Shown: piece after piece, positions 59,701-64,000 of the stretch
How the letters are laid out: each line of letters starts with the position of its first letter
Numbering within the stretch: position 1 is the first letter of the stretch
DNA from: Nemertoderma westbladi
Taxonomy: Eukaryota; Animalia; Xenacoelomorpha
DNA length: 64,000 bases
Reading direction: 5' to 3'
Assembly: GCA_032718475.1 (NCBI GenBank)
Contig: JAUCBJ010004144.1
Span: forward strand, 1-64,000
Notes under the pieces: model-generated
The model's input: only the letters and a program-made list of their open reading frames with translations
Database searches by the model: none
Told to the model about the DNA's origin: nothing
Position numbers and translations under genes: made by a program

Positions 59701-62700
59701 TTTTTGTAAAAAATCAGAGGAGATTTTAATAAATTAATGCTGAAAAACACCAAGGATTTTGACATGGCTTTAATACTTCATTATGTTCATGAAATTACTG
59801 AGATATTTGAGGTGAATTATTGCATTACATAATAACTTTAACTCCAGCCACATTAGCAATACGTTGAAACTATAATAAATATTCTACAACAGAACAATAT
59901 TAACAGGGAAATAGGCTACTTATCTCTTCTCTCTGAGAGCCTCAAAAAGGGGGTGTTCCGACGCAATCAAAATTCATCCATCTCCAGGGTAAAGACGAAG
60001 CAAATAACAGCTAGCTGATTACTTCTATAAATGTAAGTGTTACCTGCTCTTTTGACTTTCATTTAAGATTGTCTATCTCTTGGAGTGGATTAGAAGTCAT
60101 GAATATGAAAATCGATGTCGTTTTTTGAAAAAAATCAGAGGAGATTTTAATAAATTATTGCTGAAAAACACCAAGGATTTTGACATGGTTTTAATACTCA
60201 TTATATTCATGAAATAGCTGAGAAATTTGAGGTGAATTATTGTATCACATATTAAGTTCGGCTCCAGCCGCTTTGGCAATACGATGAAACTATAATACAT
60301 ATTCTAGAACACAACAATATTAACAGGGAGATAGGCTACTTATATCTTCACTCTGAGAGCCTCAAAAAGGGGGTGTTCCGACGCAATCAAAATTCATCCA
60401 TCTTCATGGGAAAGACGAAGCAAATAACAGCTGATTACTTCTATAAATGTAAGTGTTACCTGCTCTTTTGACTTTCATTTAAGATTGTCTATCTCTTGGA
60501 GTGGATTAGAAGTCATGAATATGAAAATCGATGTCGTTTTTTGTAAAAAATCAGAGGAGATTTTAATAAATTATTGCTGAAAAGTACCAAGGATTTTATA
60601 CTCATTATATTCATGAACTATTTGAGATATTTAATACGATGAAACTATAATAAATATTCTAGAACACAACAATATTAACTGGGAGATAGGCTACTTATAT
60701 CTTCACTCTGAGAGCCACAGATAGGGGGTGTTCCGACGCAATCAAAATTAATCCATCTCCTGGAGAAAGACGAAGCAAATAACAGCTGATTACTTCTATA
60801 AATGTAAGTTTTACCTGTTCTTATGACTTTCGTTTAAGATTCTCTATCTCGTGGAGTGGGTTAGAAGTTATAAATATGAAAATCGATGTCGTTTTTGTAA
60901 AAAATCAGAGGAGATTTTAATAAATTAATGCTGAAAAACACCAAGGATTTTGACATGGCTTTAATACTTCATTATGTTCATGAAATTAGTGAGATATTTG
61001 AGGTGAATTATTGCATTACATAATAACTTTAACTCCAGCCACATTAGCAATACGATGAAACTATAATAAATATTCTACAACAGAACAATATTAACAGGGA
61101 AATAGGCTACTTATCTCTTCACTCTGAGAACCTCAAAAAGGGGGTGTTCTGAAACAATCAAAATTCATCCATCTCCAGGGGAAAGACGAAGCAAAGAACA
61201 GCTGATTACTTCTATAAATTTAAGTGTTACCTGCTCTTTTGACTTTCATTTAAGATTGTCTATCTCTTGGAGTGGGTTAGAAGTCATGAATATGAAAATC
61301 GATGTCGTTTTTTGTAAAAAATCAGAGGAGATTTTAATAAATTAATGCCTAAAAACACCAAGGATTTTGACATGGCTGTAATACTCATTATATTCATGAA
61401 ATAGCTGAGAAATTTGAGGTGAATTATTGTATCACATATTAACTTCGGCTCCAGCCGCTTTGGCAATACGATGAAACTATAATAAATATTCTAGAACACA
61501 ACAATATTAACAGGGAGATAGGCTACTTATATCTTCACTCTGAGAGCCTCAAAAAGGGGGTGTTCCGACGCAATCAAAATTCATCCATCTCCAGGGGAAA
61601 GACGAAGCAAACAACAGCTGATTACTTCTATAAATGTAAGTGTTACCTGCTCATTTGACTTTCATTTAAGATTGTCTATCTCTTGGAGTGGGTTAGAAGT
61701 CATGAATATGAAAATTGATGTCGTTTTTTGAAAAAAATCAGAGGAGATTTTAATAAATTATTGCTGAAAAACACCAAGGATTTTGACATGGCTTTAATAC
61801 TCATTATATTCATGAAATAGCTGAGAAATTTGAGGTGAATTATTGTATCACATATTAAGTTCGGCTCCAGCCGCTTTGGCAATACGATGAAACTATAATA
61901 CATATTCTAGAACACAACAATATTAACAGGGAGATAGGCTACTTATATCTTCACTCTGAGAGCCTCAAAAAGGGGGTGTTCCAACGCAATCAAAATTCAT
62001 CCATCTCCAGGGGAAAGACGAAGCAAAGAACAGCTGATTACTTCTATAAATGTAAATGTTACCTGCTCTTTTGAATTTCATTTAAGATTGTCTATCTCTT
62101 GGAGTGGATTAGAAGTCTTGAATATGAAAATCGATGTCGTTTTTTGTAAAAAATCAGAGGAGATTTTAATAAATTATTGCTGAAAAACACCAAGGATTTT
62201 GACATGGCTTTAATACTCATTATATTCATGAAATAGCTGAGAAATTTGAGGTGAATTATTGTATCACATATTAAGTTCGGCTCCAGCCGCTTTGGCAATA
62301 CGATGAAACTATAATACATATTCTAGAACACAACAATATTAACAGGGAGATAGGCTACTTATATCTTCACTCTGAGAGCCTCAAAAAGGGGGTGTTCCGA
62401 CGCAATCAAAATTCATCCATCTTCATGGGAAAGACGAAGCAAATAACAGCTGATTACTTCTATAAATGTAAGTGTTACCTGCTCTTTTGACTTTCATTTA
62501 AGATTGTCTATCTCTTGGAGTGGATTAGAAGTCATGAATATGAAAATCGATGTCGTTTTTTGTAAAAAATCAGAGGAGATTTTAATAAATTATTGCTGAA
62601 AAGTACCAAGGATTTTATACTCATTATATTCATGAACTATTTGAGATATTTAATACGATGAAACTATAATAAATATTCTAGAACACAACAATATTAACAG

Positions 62701-64000
62701 GGAGATAGGCTACTTATATCTTCACTCTGAGAGCCACAGATATGGGGTGTTCCGACGCAATCAAAATTCATCCATCTCCAGGGGAAAGACGAAGCAAATA
62801 ACAGCTGATTACTTCTATAAATGTAAGTTTTACCTGTTCTTATGACTTTCGTTTAAGATTCTCTATCTCGTGGAGTGGGTTAGAAGTTATAAATATGAAA
62901 ATCGATGTCGTTTTTTGTAAAAAATCAGAGGAGATTTTAATAAATTAATGCTGAAAAACACCAAGGATTTTGACATGGCTTTAATACTTCATTATGTTCA
63001 TGAAATTAGTGAGATATTTGAGGTGAATTATTGCATTACATAATAACTTTAACTCCAGCCACATTAGCAATACGATGAAACTATAATAAATATTCTACAA
63101 CAGAACAATATTAACAGGGAAATAGGCTACTTATCTCTTCACTCTGAGAACCTCAAAAAGGGGGTGTTCTGAAACAATCAAAATTCATCCATCTCCAGGG
63201 GAAAGACGAAGCAAAGAACAGCTGATTACTTCTATAAATTTAAGTGTTACCTGCTCTTTTGACTTTCATTTAAGATTGTCTATCTCTTGGAGTGGGTTAG
63301 AAGTCATGAATATGAAAATCGATGTCGTTTTTTGTAAAAAATCAGAGGAGATTTTAATAAATTAATGCCTAAAAACACCAAGGATTTTGACATGGCTTTA
63401 ATACTCATTATATTCATGAAATAGCTGAGAAATTTGAGGTGAATTATTGTATCACATATTAACTTCGGCTCCAGCCGCTTTGGCAATACGATGAAACTAT
63501 AATAAATATTCTAGAACACAACAATATTAACAGGGAGATAGGCTACTTATATCTTCACTCTGAGAGCCTCAAAAAGGGGGTGTTCCGACGCAATCAAAAT
63601 TGATCCATCTCCAGGGGAAAGACGAAGCAAACAACAGCTGATTACTTCTATAAATGTAAGTGTTACCTGCTCATTTGACTTTCATTTAAGATTGTCTATC
63701 TCTTGGAGTGGGTTAGAAGTCATGAATATGAAAATCGATGTCGTTTTTTGAAAAAAATCAGAGGAGATTTTAATAAATTATTGCTGAAAAACACCAAGGA
63801 TTTTGACATGGCTTTAAAACTCATTATATTCATAAAATAGCTGAGAAATTTGAGGTGAATTATTGTATCACATATTAAGTTCGGCTCCAGCCGCTTTGGC
63901 AATACGATGAAACTATAATACATATTCTAGAACACAACAATATTAACAGGGAGATAGGCTACTTATATCTTCACTCTGAGAGCCTCAAAAAGGGGGTGTT
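56766..64000. repeat. Satellite array, ~416-bp monomer
   Basis: 416-bp spacing and a 2020-bp (5-mer) period (61284/63304, 61700/63720). Confidence 0.97.

Noticed and set aside
680-63923. Recurrent 60-79 aa ORFs (MPKRLEPKLICDTIIHLKF..., MHPSPGERRSKEQ...)
   Set aside because: Chance frames in the satellite monomer, with non-ATG starts in many copies and frequent disruption in variant monomers.

Overview
Eukaryotic (probably invertebrate) heterochromatic or centromere-like window. An AT-rich ~416-bp satellite array with higher-order repeats is interrupted by nested mobile elements: (i) the 3' end of an LTR at 1-171; (ii) a TTAA-flanked piggyBac-like non-autonomous element (7412-25830) holding an apparently intact, young BEL/Pao retrotransposon, 'BEL-A' (8913-25638, +); (iii) a gag-only BEL-derived LTR element, 'element B' (33466-56765, -), whose 5' LTR is split by a second BEL/Pao element, 'BEL-C' (40101-56594, -). 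Main observation: none of the three LTR elements has a tRNA-type primer-binding site. In each, the 9-11 nt right after the 5' LTR have a perfect reverse complement inside the element's own LTR, which points to Tf1-like, tRNA-independent self-priming in a BEL/Pao lineage. BEL-A and BEL-C also share a non-env accessory gene after pol, a duplicated hairpin+PPT module, a conserved microexon-like motif and family-specific palindromes at matching positions. BEL-A has TA...TA LTR termini and a tRNA-like Pol III cassette in U3. All calls were made by eye; no database searches were run.
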